Positions 28,251 to 38,038 of a stretch of DNA of 49,216 bases are shown here, piece by piece. This DNA comes from Kiritimatiellia bacterium. GTDB taxonomy: Bacteria; Verrucomicrobiota; Kiritimatiellia; RFP12; UBA1067. The stretch's first letter is position 1. Every line of letters starts with the position of its first letter. The notes under the pieces are model-generated. The model made no database searches. It was not told the DNA's origin and saw only the letters and a program-made list of their open reading frames with translations. The stretch covers positions 1 to 49,216 of the forward strand of contig JAFONM010000046.1 in NCBI GenBank assembly GCA_017418445.1, read 5' to 3'. Both the position numbers and the translations under genes were made by a program.

Positions 28251-29188
28251 ACGTGCCTGAACAGGTTCGCGACCACCGCCCCCGAAATGTTGTGCCACAC
28301 CGAGAAGACGGCTCCGGGAACGGCCGCGAGCGGAGCCGACGCGAAGTGCGTCGACGCGAGCGAGACGGCGAGTCCCGAGTTCTGCATTCCGACTTCTATC
28401 GCGACGGTCCTCCGCTCGTCGGGGCGCAGGCGCGCCAGCGCCGCCAGGGCGTAGCCGGAGAGGAGTCCGAAGACGTTGTGGAGCGCGACTACGAGGATTA
28501 TCATGAATCCGTTGGTGCGTATCGCCTCGGCGCTGCGCGCGACGACGCCTAGCACGATTGCGGCTATCGCGAGCGTCGAGACCAGCGGCAGGACGCGCGC
28601 GATGCGGCTCGTGAAGCGTCCGAAGAGAACGTTCGCGACGAGTCCCATGGCGACCGGGAGGAGGACGACCTGGACTATCGAGATGAACATCCCCGCGGCA
28701 TCGACGTCGATCTCGGCCCCGGCGCAGAAATCGGTGAGCAGAGGCGTGAGGACGGGTGCCAGGACCGTCGAGCAGGCGGTAAGAGTCACGGAGAGCGCGA
28801 CGTCTCCGCGGGCGAGGTAGGTGATGACGTTGGATGCGGTTCCGCCGGGGCAGGTTCCGACGAGCACGACGCCCAGCGCGAGCGCGGGGGGGAGTCCGAA
28901 GACCTTTGCTAGCGCCCAGGCCGCGAGCGGCATCAGGAGGAACTGCGCGAAGACGCCTGCGGCGACGGACCGGGGGCGACGGACGACGCCCGCGAAGTCC
29001 GACGGCTTCAGGGTGAGGCCCATTCCGAACATGACGACACCCAGGAGCGGATTCACCGCTTTTACCGGGAACGCGTTCGCGACAGGCTCCGGCCAGGCGA
29101 GCGCGGCGCCTGCAGCGACCAGGACGAGGACCGCGAACCACCTGACGACGAAGTCCGATGCGGACAAAATCAATCCCGAGATTTTCAT
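28172..29188 (-). CDS. bile acid:sodium symporter (BASS/SBF) family transporter
   Basis: GLTLKPSDF and CPGGTASNV motifs with about 10 hydrophobic segments. Its 3' end overlaps the convergent ABC gene by 79 nt. Confidence 0.88.
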   Translation of the reverse strand: MKISGLILSASDFVVRWFAVLVLVAAGAALAWPEPVANAFPVKAVNPLLGVVMFGMGLTLKPSDFAGVVRRPRSVAAGVFAQFLLMPLAAWALAKVFGLPPALALGVVLVGTCPGGTASNVITYLARGDVALSVTLTACSTVLAPVLTPLLTDFCAGAEIDVDAAGMFISIVQVVLLPVAMGLVANVLFGRFTSRIARVLPLVSTLAIAAIVLGVVARSAEAIRTNGFMIILVVALHNVFGLLSGYALAALARLRPDERRTVAIEVGMQNSGLAVSLASTHFASAPLAAVPGAVFSVWHNISGAVVANLFRHVHRDRESPRSPSARETSGTAARSLFV

Positions 29189-29196
29189 TTCCGCGT

Positions 29197-29205
29197 ATTA
29201 TAGCA
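29197..29205 (-). promoter_or_regulatory. extended -10 box TGCTATAAT (minus strand, leaderless geometry) for the BASS gene
   Basis: The reverse complement of 29197-29205 reads TGCTATAAT. The hexamer ends 8 nt before the ATG at 29188, with no SD. Confidence 0.5.
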
Positions 29206-29238
29206 TATTGCGGCGACTGGAAAGGGGGTCCGCCGTTA

Positions 29239-29251
29239 TGGTATAATATCC
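29239..29251 (+). promoter_or_regulatory. extended -10 promoter box TGGTATAATATCC for tRNA-Arg
   Basis: The hexamer at 29242-29247 lies 14 nt upstream of the mature tRNA 5' end, which leaves a short RNase P leader. Confidence 0.6.
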
Positions 29252-29261
29252 CCCAAAAAAT

Positions 29262-29338
29262 GGACCTGTAGCTCATCTGGACAGAGCAGCTGCCTTCTAA
29301 GCAGCGGGTAGTGGGTTCGAGTCCCGCCAGGTCCGCCA
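29262..29338 (+). tRNA. tRNA-Arg (anticodon TCT), CCA encoded
   Basis: Folded by hand: acceptor GGACCTG/CAGGTCC, D stem GCTC/GAGC, anticodon stem GCTGC/GCAGC with loop CTTCTAA, T stem GTGGG/CCCGC with TTCGAGT loop, discriminator G plus CCA. Confidence 0.93.
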
Positions 29339-29344
29339 TCTAAA

Positions 29345-29836
29345 ATGCAGGACAGCTTCGAAATACGCAAGGCCCGGCTCGCGGACGCGGAGAAGATATT
29401 CGCGCTCATCGACCTCAACCGCGACAGGCTCGTGCCGCGCTCGATGGGCAACATCGTCGAGAACGTGGACCGCTTCAGGGTCGCCGTCGACGGCGCGGAC
29501 GTCGTCGGCTGCGCCGCGTATCAGATACATCCCGAAATCGGCAAGACCGAGGAGGCGACCGTCGAGATACAGTCCCTCGCCGTAAGGGCGCCGTGGCGCG
29601 GGAAGGGCATAGGACGCGCCCTTGTCGAGACCGTCGCGTCCGATGTCTCCGGATTCCGTCCCAAGGAGATCCTCGTCTTCACCTTCACCCCCGAGTTCTT
29701 CGCGTCCCTCGGCTTCGTCAAGATCGCCAAGGACAAGGTCATGCACAAGCTCTACACGGGCTGCATCAACTGCACGAAGCACACCGACCCCTTTACCTGT
29801 CCCGAGGTTGTCATGGTTCGCGGCGTCCAATTTTGA
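29345..29836 (+). CDS. GNAT-family N-acetyltransferase (short amino-acid N-acetyltransferase-like)
   Basis: Acetyl-CoA motif A, LAVRAPWRGKGIGRAL. The ATG is only 6 nt after the tRNA 3' CCA. Confidence 0.85.
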   Translation: MQDSFEIRKARLADAEKIFALIDLNRDRLVPRSMGNIVENVDRFRVAVDGADVVGCAAYQIHPEIGKTEEATVEIQSLAVRAPWRGKGIGRALVETVASDVSGFRPKEILVFTFTPEFFASLGFVKIAKDKVMHKLYTGCINCTKHTDPFTCPEVVMVRGVQF

Positions 29837-29846
29837 TATAATATAC
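29834..29846 (+). promoter_or_regulatory. extended -10 promoter box TGATATAATATAC for smc
   Basis: The TGA of the box is the GNAT stop codon. The TATAAT at 29837-29842 ends 9 nt before ATG 29852, with no SD. Confidence 0.55.
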
Positions 29847-29851
29847 CCGTA

Positions 29852-32800
29852 ATGTACCTAAAGCAACTTGAGATCATTGGCTTCAAGAGCTTCGCCGACA
29901 GGACCAGGCTCTCCTTCGATCCGGGACTGATAGCGATCGTCGGTCCGAACGGATGCGGAAAGTCGAACGTCTCTGACGCCATCCGCTGGGTTCTCGGCGA
30001 GCAGCGCCCTACGGCGCTCCGCTGCTCGAAGCTCGTCGACGTAGTCTTCAACGGAACGGACACCAGGAAGCCTCTCGGACTCGCCGAGGTCTCCATCACC
30101 TTCTCGGACTGCGAGAAGGAGCTCGGTACGGAATACAACGAGGTGACAATCACCCGCCGCGTCTATCGCGACGGCTCCGGAGAGTATTTCATCAACCGCC
30201 AGGCGTGCCGCCTGAAGGACATACAGCACCTCTTCATGGGCACGGGCATCGGCACGTCGTCCTACTCGGTCATGGCGCAGGGCCAGATCGACGCGATCCT
30301 TTCGTCGAAGCCGGAGGACCGCCGCGCCGTGTTCGAGGAGGCTGCGGGAATCACCAAGTTCAAGGCGGACCGCAAGGAAGCGATACGGAAGATCGACCAG
30401 ACGGAGCAGAATCTGGTACGCGTCCAGGACATCCTCCGCGAGATGAAGCGGCAGATCGGCTCGCTGCAGCGCCAGGTCGGCAAGGCGAAGCGCTACAAGG
30501 AGCTCCGCGACAGGCTGAGGGGGCTCGACATCTACGTCTCCAGGCAGCGCATCCACGATTTCGACGTTTCGCTGGAGGAGACCGCGGCCAGCAGGCGCGA
30601 GGTGGAGAAGGCGATCGCCGAGGCGTCGGAGATCGTCGCGCAGGCCGAGGCCGAGCAGCAGCGTCTCCACCAGGAAGTCCACGAGCTCGAGGAGCGTCTG
30701 CAGAACCTCGCGCAGGAACAGGCTTCCGCGGACGGCGCGTATCAGCGCGCGACCGAGGTGATAGGCGTCAACCGCCAGCGCATCGAGGAATACCGCGCGT
30801 TCGCGGAGCGCGACGGACGCGAGATCGAGGAGGCCCGCCGCCAGCTCGGCGAGGTCAGGCTCCAGTCGGAGTCCCTCGCCCAGAAGTCGCGCATCCTCGA
30901 CGAGTCGCTCGCCGCGGCGAAAAAGGAACTTGCCGCGGCCGAGGAGGAGTTCTCGTCCTCGCAGTCGAGGATGGACGCCATCCGCGCGGAGATGCAGGAG
31001 GCCAGGTCCGAGTCCGTGGCATGCGAGCGCCGCGTCTCCCAGGACCGCGACGAGACTGCGCGTCTCGAGGCAGCCGCCCGCGACGCGATAATCAGGGACC
31101 AGCGTCTTGCGTCCGAGGCGGCGCAGACGGAGAAGTCCGTTGCCGAGGCGGAGAAGTCCCTGGCGGACATAACTGCCAGGGCGGAAGCCGCGCGCAGGGC
31201 CGAAGGCGAGGCGCAGTCGAAGTTCGATTCAGCCCGCGACGCGCTCGAGAAGCTTCGCGGCGAAATCGCGGACGCGCGCGAACACCTCGGCGAGATGCAG
31301 GCCGAGGCCGCCGCGAAGGAAGCGCAGCTTTCGATGCTGAGGGACGAGGCGAAGGCGAAGAAGATTCTCGAGGGAATCTTCGAGGGTGCCGACGGCGACG
31401 TCAGGATCGCCGCCGTGGAGACCGGCAGGGATGGCGTGTCCATCCGCGAAGGGGACCGCCTCGTGGAGCACCTGGATCTTTCCGAAGAGCAGGTCGAGAC
31501 CGCCGAGCAGCTTCTGGGCGACATGGTGCTCGCCGGGGGAAAGGACGGGGTCTGGACTCCGTCGACGTCGATCGAGCCGATTTCGGGCCACAAGTCGCCC
31601 ATCACCGAGGCGGAGCGGACTCTTGCGGAATTGAAGAGGAAGATCGAGTCCGCCAAGGAGACTCTCTCCACCGGCGCCGAGCGCAGCGCGACTCTCGCGG
31701 CGGAGCTCGCGTCCGCGGAGTCGCGTCTCGCCGACGCCCGCCGCGCGGCGGCGCAGGCCGAGGGCGAGGAGTCGATGGCGAAGCGCGAGGCTGTGAACGC
31801 GCAGGCGCGCCTCCAGGCCGTGATGGCCGAGCGCGACGCGGCGAAGGCCGCAAACGCCGCGGACGCCGCGAAGCTCGAGACGCTCGCCGCGGAGATCGAG
31901 TCGACCGTCGCGAGGCGCGACGCGCTGATGGATTCGATAGCCGCCAAGGAGACGGAGCTCAGGAACACCGAATCCTCGAACGCGGAGCTCTCCAGGGTTC
32001 TTACCGAGAAGCGCATCACCACGAGCAGGATGGAGCAGGAGCTTTCGTTCATAGGTCAGCAGTCGGAGTCCGCGGACCGGCGCAGGGATGAGCTCGAGAG
32101 GGCGCTCGAGGGGCGGGAGAGCGGAGTGCGCGGCTACGAAGAGTCGATAGCCAGGCTGACCGAGGAAAGCAACTCGCTGATGGACAGCCTCGAGGGACTC
32201 AAGGCGAAGGCGATGGACGCCCACGCGAGGATGGACGACGAGCGCGCGAAGAGGACCGGTCTCATGGAGCGCATTTCCGCGGCGGACCAGTCCGTCTCCG
32301 CGAAGCGCGCCGACCTCGACAGGGCGAAGGACGTGCGCGGCAGGCTCGAGGTGCAGGCGACGGAATCCACGATGCGCCGCCAGAACGTGTACGAGCACCT
32401 TCAGGACGAGTACGGACTCTTCGCCGACGCCGTGATGAGGGAGCCGGATCCGGAGTGGAAGGACGGCGTCGTGCCTCCCGTCGAGGAGCTCGAGTCGACC
32501 GTCGCGAAGCTGCAGGCTGACATCGCGGCCCTCGGTCCCGTCAACATGGTCGCGATCGACGAGTGCCGCGAGCTCGAGGAGCGCTATGCCAGGGAGAAGG
32601 CGCAGGAGGAGGACCTCCAGGCCGCGAAGGCGCAGCTCGTCGAACTCATCTCGAATCTCAACACCACGTCGAGCGAGATGTTCAGGACGACGTTCGAACA
32701 GGCGAACGCGAACTTCCAGAAGATGTTCACGACGCTCTTCGGCGGCGGCGAGGCGAAGCTCACCCTTCTCGAGAACTCCGAGGATCCGCTCGAGTGCGGC

Positions 32801-33139
32801 ATCGACATCATCGCGCGTCCGCCCGGCAAGCGTCCGCAGTCCGTGACGCTGCTTTCCGGCGGCGAGAGGACGATGACGGCCGTGGCGCTCCTCTTCTCGA
32901 TCTTCATGATCAAGCCCGCGCCGTTCTGCATGCTCGACGAGCTGGACGCCGCTCTCGACGACGCCAACATAGGGCGCTTCGTGGAGCAGCTGAAGGAATT
33001 CCTCGCCCAGTCGCAGTTCCTGATCATCACGCACAACCAGCACACGATCGCCGGTTCGGACCTCGTCTACGGCGTTTCGCAGCAGGAGAAGGGCGTGAGC
33101 CGCGTCATATCCATGAAGCTTTCGGACCTCGGCAGGTAA
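29852..33139 (+). CDS. smc: chromosome segregation protein SMC
   Basis: GPNGCGKSN Walker A, long coiled coils, and C-terminal LSGGERTMTAVALLF and LDELDAALD; 1095 aa. Confidence 0.95.
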   Translation: MYLKQLEIIGFKSFADRTRLSFDPGLIAIVGPNGCGKSNVSDAIRWVLGEQRPTALRCSKLVDVVFNGTDTRKPLGLAEVSITFSDCEKELGTEYNEVTITRRVYRDGSGEYFINRQACRLKDIQHLFMGTGIGTSSYSVMAQGQIDAILSSKPEDRRAVFEEAAGITKFKADRKEAIRKIDQTEQNLVRVQDILREMKRQIGSLQRQVGKAKRYKELRDRLRGLDIYVSRQRIHDFDVSLEETAASRREVEKAIAEASEIVAQAEAEQQRLHQEVHELEERLQNLAQEQASADGAYQRATEVIGVNRQRIEEYRAFAERDGREIEEARRQLGEVRLQSESLAQKSRILDESLAAAKKELAAAEEEFSSSQSRMDAIRAEMQEARSESVACERRVSQDRDETARLEAAARDAIIRDQRLASEAAQTEKSVAEAEKSLADITARAEAARRAEGEAQSKFDSARDALEKLRGEIADAREHLGEMQAEAAAKEAQLSMLRDEAKAKKILEGIFEGADGDVRIAAVETGRDGVSIREGDRLVEHLDLSEEQVETAEQLLGDMVLAGGKDGVWTPSTSIEPISGHKSPITEAERTLAELKRKIESAKETLSTGAERSATLAAELASAESRLADARRAAAQAEGEESMAKREAVNAQARLQAVMAERDAAKAANAADAAKLETLAAEIESTVARRDALMDSIAAKETELRNTESSNAELSRVLTEKRITTSRMEQELSFIGQQSESADRRRDELERALEGRESGVRGYEESIARLTEESNSLMDSLEGLKAKAMDAHARMDDERAKRTGLMERISAADQSVSAKRADLDRAKDVRGRLEVQATESTMRRQNVYEHLQDEYGLFADAVMREPDPEWKDGVVPPVEELESTVAKLQADIAALGPVNMVAIDECRELEERYAREKAQEEDLQAAKAQLVELISNLNTTSSEMFRTTFEQANANFQKMFTTLFGGGEAKLTLLENSEDPLECGIDIIARPPGKRPQSVTLLSGGERTMTAVALLFSIFMIKPAPFCMLDELDAALDDANIGRFVEQLKEFLAQSQFLIITHNQHTIAGSDLVYGVSQQEKGVSRVISMKLSDLGR

Positions 33140-33218
33140 TCCCGCCGAGGGTGCCGGATCGCCCGACTGCCCATGTGCAACAAAGTGACCCGCCCCCCTT
33201 GCGCATAACGGACATTTG

Positions 33219-33231
33219 CGGTAAAATATCC
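33219..33231 (+). promoter_or_regulatory. degenerate copy of the promoter box (CGGTAAAATATCC)
   Basis: The TAAAAT at 33222-27 is followed by the same ATCC tail as the consensus box; ATG 33238 is 10 nt downstream. Confidence 0.4.
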
Positions 33232-33237
33232 TTAAAC

Positions 33238-34911
33238 ATGACAAGCAACGATGAATACGTCCTGCAGCTCCTGACCGAACGCGGGTTTCTGATGCAGGAG
33301 CAGGTCGACGCGGCGGCTCAGTCCGAGAAGGCGGAGAACGAGACGACTCTCGACGTACTTGTTAGGCAGGGGGCCATCAGCGAGGACGAGGTGCTGGGCA
33401 CGGTTGCGGACCAGTTCGGCCTCAAGTACTGCCATGTCAACGCGGACGCGATAAAGCCCGAGATCATCGAGGAGATCCCGGCGGACATAGCCAGGAAATA
33501 CGGCGTGGTGCCGGTCGTCTCGGACGAGGATTCCATAACGGTCGCCCTGTCGGACCCGATGGGCTACGACGCGATCGACTCCCTGAGGTACGTCCTCCAC
33601 GGTCGCGACGTGGAGGCGGTGGTTTCGCCGCGGGCGGAGGTCAAGGCCGTCATGACGAAGCTGTACGCCGCCACCGAGGAGGCCGACGTCCAGACGCGCG
33701 ACGAGTACGCCGGGCTCGAGGACGATCCGGACGCCAAGGGAGACGACGCGCCTGTCATCAAGCTCGCGACAATGATCATCACGACGGCGATCAAGATGAA
33801 GGCGTCGGATATCCATCTCGAGCCGATGGAGAAGGAGTTCCGGGTCCGCTACAGGATAGACGGCGCGCTGCGGAAGATGGACTCGCCGCCGAAGCGCCTC
33901 CAGCAGGCGATTCTCTCCCGGATCAAGATCATGTCGAAGATGAAGATCTCGGAGAAGCGCATTCCGCAGGACGGGCGAATCCAGATCACGGTCAACGGCA
34001 AGGACCTCGACCTGCGCGTGAGCTCGGTTCCGACGAACCACGGCGAGTCGATCGTCATGCGTATCCTCGACAAGACGAACCTCTCCCTCGGACTTCCGCA
34101 GCTCGGCTTCCTCACCGACGACCAGGCGACGTTCGAGCGCCTCATCAAGCTTCCGGACGGCGTCGTCCTCGTCACGGGTCCGACGGGCTCCGGCAAGACC
34201 ACTACGCTCTACGCCTGCCTCGGGCAGATCAACACGCCGGACAAGAAGCTCATCACGGTCGAGGACCCCGTCGAATACCAGATGAGCGGCATCAACCAGG
34301 TGCAGGTGAACAAGGACGTCGGACTCGACTTCTCTGCCGCGCTCCGCTCGATTCTCCGCCAGGCGCCGAACATCGTGATGATCGGAGAGATCCGCGACGC
34401 CGAGACCGCCGACATAGCGATGGAGGCCGCGCTTACGGGTCACCTCGTGTTCTCCACGCTGCACACGAACGACGCGCCGTCGGCCGTGACCCGTCTTCTC
34501 GACATCGGCGTCAAGCCGTTCCTCGTCGCGTCCGCGCTCAGGGCCGCGATGGCCCAGCGGCTAGTCAGGGCGATCTGCGAGAACTGCAAGGAGGCCTATA
34601 CGCCCACGGAGCGCGAACTCAAGATGCTCGGCGCGATATCGAAGACCCTGCCCGAGCAGATGTACCACGGAGCGGGATGCGACAGGTGCGGCCGCACGGG
34701 ATACAAGGGACGGAAGGGCATCTTCGAGATCTTCAAGGTGGACGACACGATCCAGCGTCTCATCTTCGACCACGCCCCCGCCACGCTCCTGCGCCAGAGG
34801 GCGCGCGAGATGGGCATGCGCACCCTGCGCGAGGACGGCATGCTCAAGGTGGGCAGCGGAATGACCAGCCTTCAGGAAGTCCTCCGGGTCACGATGGGAG
34901 ACGCCGACTAG
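33238..34911 (+). CDS. GspE/PilB-family secretion/pilus assembly ATPase (copy 1)
   Basis: T2SS-E N-terminal domain, Walker A GPTGSGKTTTLY, IGEIRD, and a tetra-Cys motif CENC...CDRCGRTGYKGRKG. Confidence 0.9.
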   Translation: MTSNDEYVLQLLTERGFLMQEQVDAAAQSEKAENETTLDVLVRQGAISEDEVLGTVADQFGLKYCHVNADAIKPEIIEEIPADIARKYGVVPVVSDEDSITVALSDPMGYDAIDSLRYVLHGRDVEAVVSPRAEVKAVMTKLYAATEEADVQTRDEYAGLEDDPDAKGDDAPVIKLATMIITTAIKMKASDIHLEPMEKEFRVRYRIDGALRKMDSPPKRLQQAILSRIKIMSKMKISEKRIPQDGRIQITVNGKDLDLRVSSVPTNHGESIVMRILDKTNLSLGLPQLGFLTDDQATFERLIKLPDGVVLVTGPTGSGKTTTLYACLGQINTPDKKLITVEDPVEYQMSGINQVQVNKDVGLDFSAALRSILRQAPNIVMIGEIRDAETADIAMEAALTGHLVFSTLHTNDAPSAVTRLLDIGVKPFLVASALRAAMAQRLVRAICENCKEAYTPTERELKMLGAISKTLPEQMYHGAGCDRCGRTGYKGRKGIFEIFKVDDTIQRLIFDHAPATLLRQRAREMGMRTLREDGMLKVGSGMTSLQEVLRVTMGDAD

Positions 34912-34963
34912 GGAGGCCGGCGGAGTGAAAGGCAAGACTTGAAAAAGGGGAAAGGAACTTAAG

Positions 34964-36052
34964 ATGGACATTCACATGGACGAGCTTCTCCAGGCGACGA
35001 TCGACGAGGGAGGTTCCGACCTTCACGTCCGCGCCTACGTTCCGCCGACGCTCCGCGTCCACGGCGAGCTTCTGCCTCTCGCGGACGAACCGCTCTCGGA
35101 GGACGACACCCTCGCCCTGTGCAAGGAGATCGCGACCGATGAGCAGATGGCCGAGGTCGAGAAGAACGGCGGTGCCGACTTCGCCCTCGCGCACCCCGAC
35201 GGGACGCGCTTCCGTGTGTCCATCTTCAAGGAGAGGAAGCGCTACGGCGCGGTTCTCCGCCAGATTCCGAACACGCTGATGTCCCTCGAGAAGCTGGGGC
35301 TGCCTCCCGTGGTGAAGGAGCTCCTGTGGAAGCCGCGCGGACTCATCCTCGTCACCGGTCCAACCGGCTCCGGAAAGTCGACGACCCTCGCCTCGATGCT
35401 CGACGTCATCAACCACGAGCGCTCGGTGCACATCATCACCATCGAGGATCCTATCGAATTCTACCACACCTCGGCGAAGTCGCTTATAACCCAGCGCGAG
35501 GTCGGTGACGACGTTCCGTCCTTCGCCGAGGCGATACGCCGTGCGCTGCGTCAGGACCCCGACGTCATCCTCGTCGGCGAAATGCGCGACCTCGAGACGA
35601 TCGGCGCCGCGATCACCGCCGCCGAAACCGGACACCTGGTCTTCGGAACCCTGCACACGACCGGCGCGGCGGAGACCGTCGACCGTATCGTCGACGCCTT
35701 CCCGACGAACCAGCAGGAGCAGGTGCGCACCCAGCTGGCGGCCGGACTGCAGGCGGTCATCTCGCAGGTGCTCCTCCCGAAGCTCGACGAGAACGGCGAG
35801 GTGCATGGACGAATCGCGGCCTTCGAGATCATGACCTCTACGGACGCCATCAAGAGCCGGATCCGCGACAACAAGACGAACATGATCAAGTCGGACCTCC
35901 AGACCGGAGCGAAGTTCGGCATGATGACTCTCGACGCGTGCCTCCTCGGGCACTACAAGAACGGACTCATCAGCTACGAGGAGCTCATCACCAAGGCGCA
36001 GGATCCGGACAGCGTGGTGCAGAAGCTCAAAGAGGACATGGAAGAGGAATAG
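34964..36052 (+). CDS. pilT: PilT-family retraction ATPase
   Basis: About 360 aa with no N-terminal extension; GPTGSGKSTTLA, ILVGEMRD and GHLVFGTLHT. Confidence 0.9.
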   Translation: MDIHMDELLQATIDEGGSDLHVRAYVPPTLRVHGELLPLADEPLSEDDTLALCKEIATDEQMAEVEKNGGADFALAHPDGTRFRVSIFKERKRYGAVLRQIPNTLMSLEKLGLPPVVKELLWKPRGLILVTGPTGSGKSTTLASMLDVINHERSVHIITIEDPIEFYHTSAKSLITQREVGDDVPSFAEAIRRALRQDPDVILVGEMRDLETIGAAITAAETGHLVFGTLHTTGAAETVDRIVDAFPTNQQEQVRTQLAAGLQAVISQVLLPKLDENGEVHGRIAAFEIMTSTDAIKSRIRDNKTNMIKSDLQTGAKFGMMTLDACLLGHYKNGLISYEELITKAQDPDSVVQKLKEDMEEE

Positions 36053-36058
36053 TCCCAG

Positions 36059-37750
36059 ATGATCGATCCGATTCTCCAGATTCTCGAACAGAACGGCTAT
36101 GTCGACGCCCAGGGCGCGCAGGACATCCAGGACCTCGCGAAGACCGAGGCGAAGTCGGTCCGCCAGACCGTCATAGACCAGCAGATACTCTCCGAGGACG
36201 ACCTCCTCGGCTGCATGGCGGCGTCGCTCGACACCGAGGCGATAGACCTGGGCGGGATGACGGTGGACACCGAGGTCACCGAGGCGATTCCCGCCTCGAC
36301 CGCGCGCATGTACAACGTCTTCCCGATCGCGGCGGACGACTCGTCGGTGACGCTCGCGACGTTCGACCTCGTGGATCCGAGGATCTCGGACGAGATGATG
36401 TTCACGCTGGGCAAGGAGCCCAGGTTCGTCTTCGCCCGCGAGAAGGACGTCATGGACCGCATCGCGCAGTACTACGGCGATTCGAACGAATCCGTGGCGG
36501 ACATGATCAAGTCGCTCGGCGAAGGTCTCGACGACGACGAGTCCCTTACCGGCACGAACGCCAACGACATCGCGTCCCTGGAGAGCGCGGCGAACTCCTC
36601 GGCCATCATCCGTTTCGTCAACCTCGTCCTCTACCAGGGCGTCGTCGACCGCGCGTCCGACATCCACATCGAGCCTTTCGAGAAGGACTTCAAGATACGC
36701 TACCGCGTGGACGGCGCGCTGTACGAGATGAAGGCCCCGGACGTCAAGATGGCGCCGGCCATCATCTCGCGCGTCAAGATCCTGTCGAACCTCAACATCG
36801 CCGAGCGCCGCATCCCGCAGGACGGACGCATCGCGCTGACGGTCGCGGGCCGCGCCGTCGACCTGCGCGTCTCCTGCCTCCCGACGGCCCACGGAGAGTC
36901 CGTCGTCATGCGTATTCTCGACCAGTCCGCGACGTCGCTGGACCTCGAGAACGTGGGACTTCCCGAGGACGTGTACGAGCAGATCACGATGGACATCGAG
37001 AAGCCGAACGGCATCTTCATCGTCACGGGTCCCACCGGCTCCGGCAAGACGACCACGCTCTATTCGATTCTCCGCCGCATCAACCAGATCGACACGAAGC
37101 TTCTCACCGCCGAGGAGCCCGTCGAATACAACGTCGACGGCATCGTCCAGGTTCCGATCGACGCGCACGTCGGCAACACCTTCGGCAAGGTCCTCCGTGC
37201 GTTCCTGCGTCAGGATCCCGACGTGATGATGATCGGCGAGATCCGCGACCTCGAGACCGCGGAAATCGCCGTGCAGGCCGCCCTCACCGGGCACTTCGTC
37301 TATTCGACGCTGCACACCAACGACGCGGCCGGCGCCGTCATGCGTCTCGTGGACATGAACGTCGCCCCTTACCTCCTCTCGTCCACGCTCGAGGCCGTCC
37401 TCGGCCAGCGACTCGTGAGGACGTGCTGCCGCGAATGCCGCGAGGCGTACGAGCCGGACGACGACACGCTCGACCGCATCGAGATGACCCGCGACCAGAT
37501 CGGCGGGCGTCCTTTCTACTTCGGCAGGGGCTGCAAGGTCTGCAACGGCACAGGCTACAAGGGCCGCAAGGCCGTAGTCGAATACCTTCGCATGTCCAAT
37601 CCCCTCCGCGAACTCATCAACAACAGGGCGCCGACGCTGGTCATTCGCGAGAAGGCCCGCGAGCTCGGCATGCGCACTATGCGCGAGCACGGCGTCCAGG
37701 CCATCCTCGACGGCTATACGACGGTCGACGAGGTGCTGAGGTACACGTAG
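36059..37750 (+). CDS. GspE/PilB-family secretion/pilus assembly ATPase (copy 2)
   Basis: Same architecture as copy 1: GPTGSGKTTTLY, MIGEIRD and CRECREAY...CKVCNGTGYKGRKA. Confidence 0.9.
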   Translation: MIDPILQILEQNGYVDAQGAQDIQDLAKTEAKSVRQTVIDQQILSEDDLLGCMAASLDTEAIDLGGMTVDTEVTEAIPASTARMYNVFPIAADDSSVTLATFDLVDPRISDEMMFTLGKEPRFVFAREKDVMDRIAQYYGDSNESVADMIKSLGEGLDDDESLTGTNANDIASLESAANSSAIIRFVNLVLYQGVVDRASDIHIEPFEKDFKIRYRVDGALYEMKAPDVKMAPAIISRVKILSNLNIAERRIPQDGRIALTVAGRAVDLRVSCLPTAHGESVVMRILDQSATSLDLENVGLPEDVYEQITMDIEKPNGIFIVTGPTGSGKTTTLYSILRRINQIDTKLLTAEEPVEYNVDGIVQVPIDAHVGNTFGKVLRAFLRQDPDVMMIGEIRDLETAEIAVQAALTGHFVYSTLHTNDAAGAVMRLVDMNVAPYLLSSTLEAVLGQRLVRTCCRECREAYEPDDDTLDRIEMTRDQIGGRPFYFGRGCKVCNGTGYKGRKAVVEYLRMSNPLRELINNRAPTLVIREKARELGMRTMREHGVQAILDGYTTVDEVLRYT

Positions 37751-37796
37751 GCCGGCGGCTGATGTACGGCGGTCGGTAGACGGCAGGGGGTGTCGG

Positions 37797-38030
37797 GTGG
37801 ACAGCGGTTCGTTGCTGTGGCTGGGTAGGATCGCGGCGGTCGTCGCGCTCGTGATGACGGCGGCATTCCTCGCGACTCCTCCGGGAAGGGTTCCGCTCCC
37901 GCTCCGTGGAATCATGAAGATGCTCCGCGGGAACCTTCCGGCCGGATCGGAGTCGGGCACGGTCCCCGCATGGAAAAAGACACTCTCGTTTCTGCTGGTG
38001 ATCGCCGCGGTCGTCGTGGCGCTTTTCTGA
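37797..38030 (+). CDS. possible small membrane protein (two hydrophobic segments)
   Basis: GTG-initiated 77-aa ORF filling the gap between the ATPase and the DUF192 gene. No homology recognised and the start is uncertain. Confidence 0.35.
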   Translation: MDSGSLLWLGRIAAVVALVMTAAFLATPPGRVPLPLRGIMKMLRGNLPAGSESGTVPAWKKTLSFLLVIAAVVVALF

Positions 38031-38038
38031 CTGCGGCA

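Noticed and set aside
27447-29339. 630-aa minus-strand ORF, plus the plus-strand ORFs 41742..43892, 42806..44104 and 46803..47867
   Set aside because: They are antisense or out-of-frame relative to well-supported genes (ABC ATPase and BASS; NtrC-like and HK; GS-family). No motifs and artefact composition.
29189-29345. tRNA-Arg as a possible integration hotspot or genomic-island border
   Set aside because: There is no integrase, no phage or IS gene, and no direct repeat of the tRNA 3' end that I could see on either side. The flanking genes (BASS transporter, GNAT, smc) look like core genes with the same promoter style as the rest of the window.
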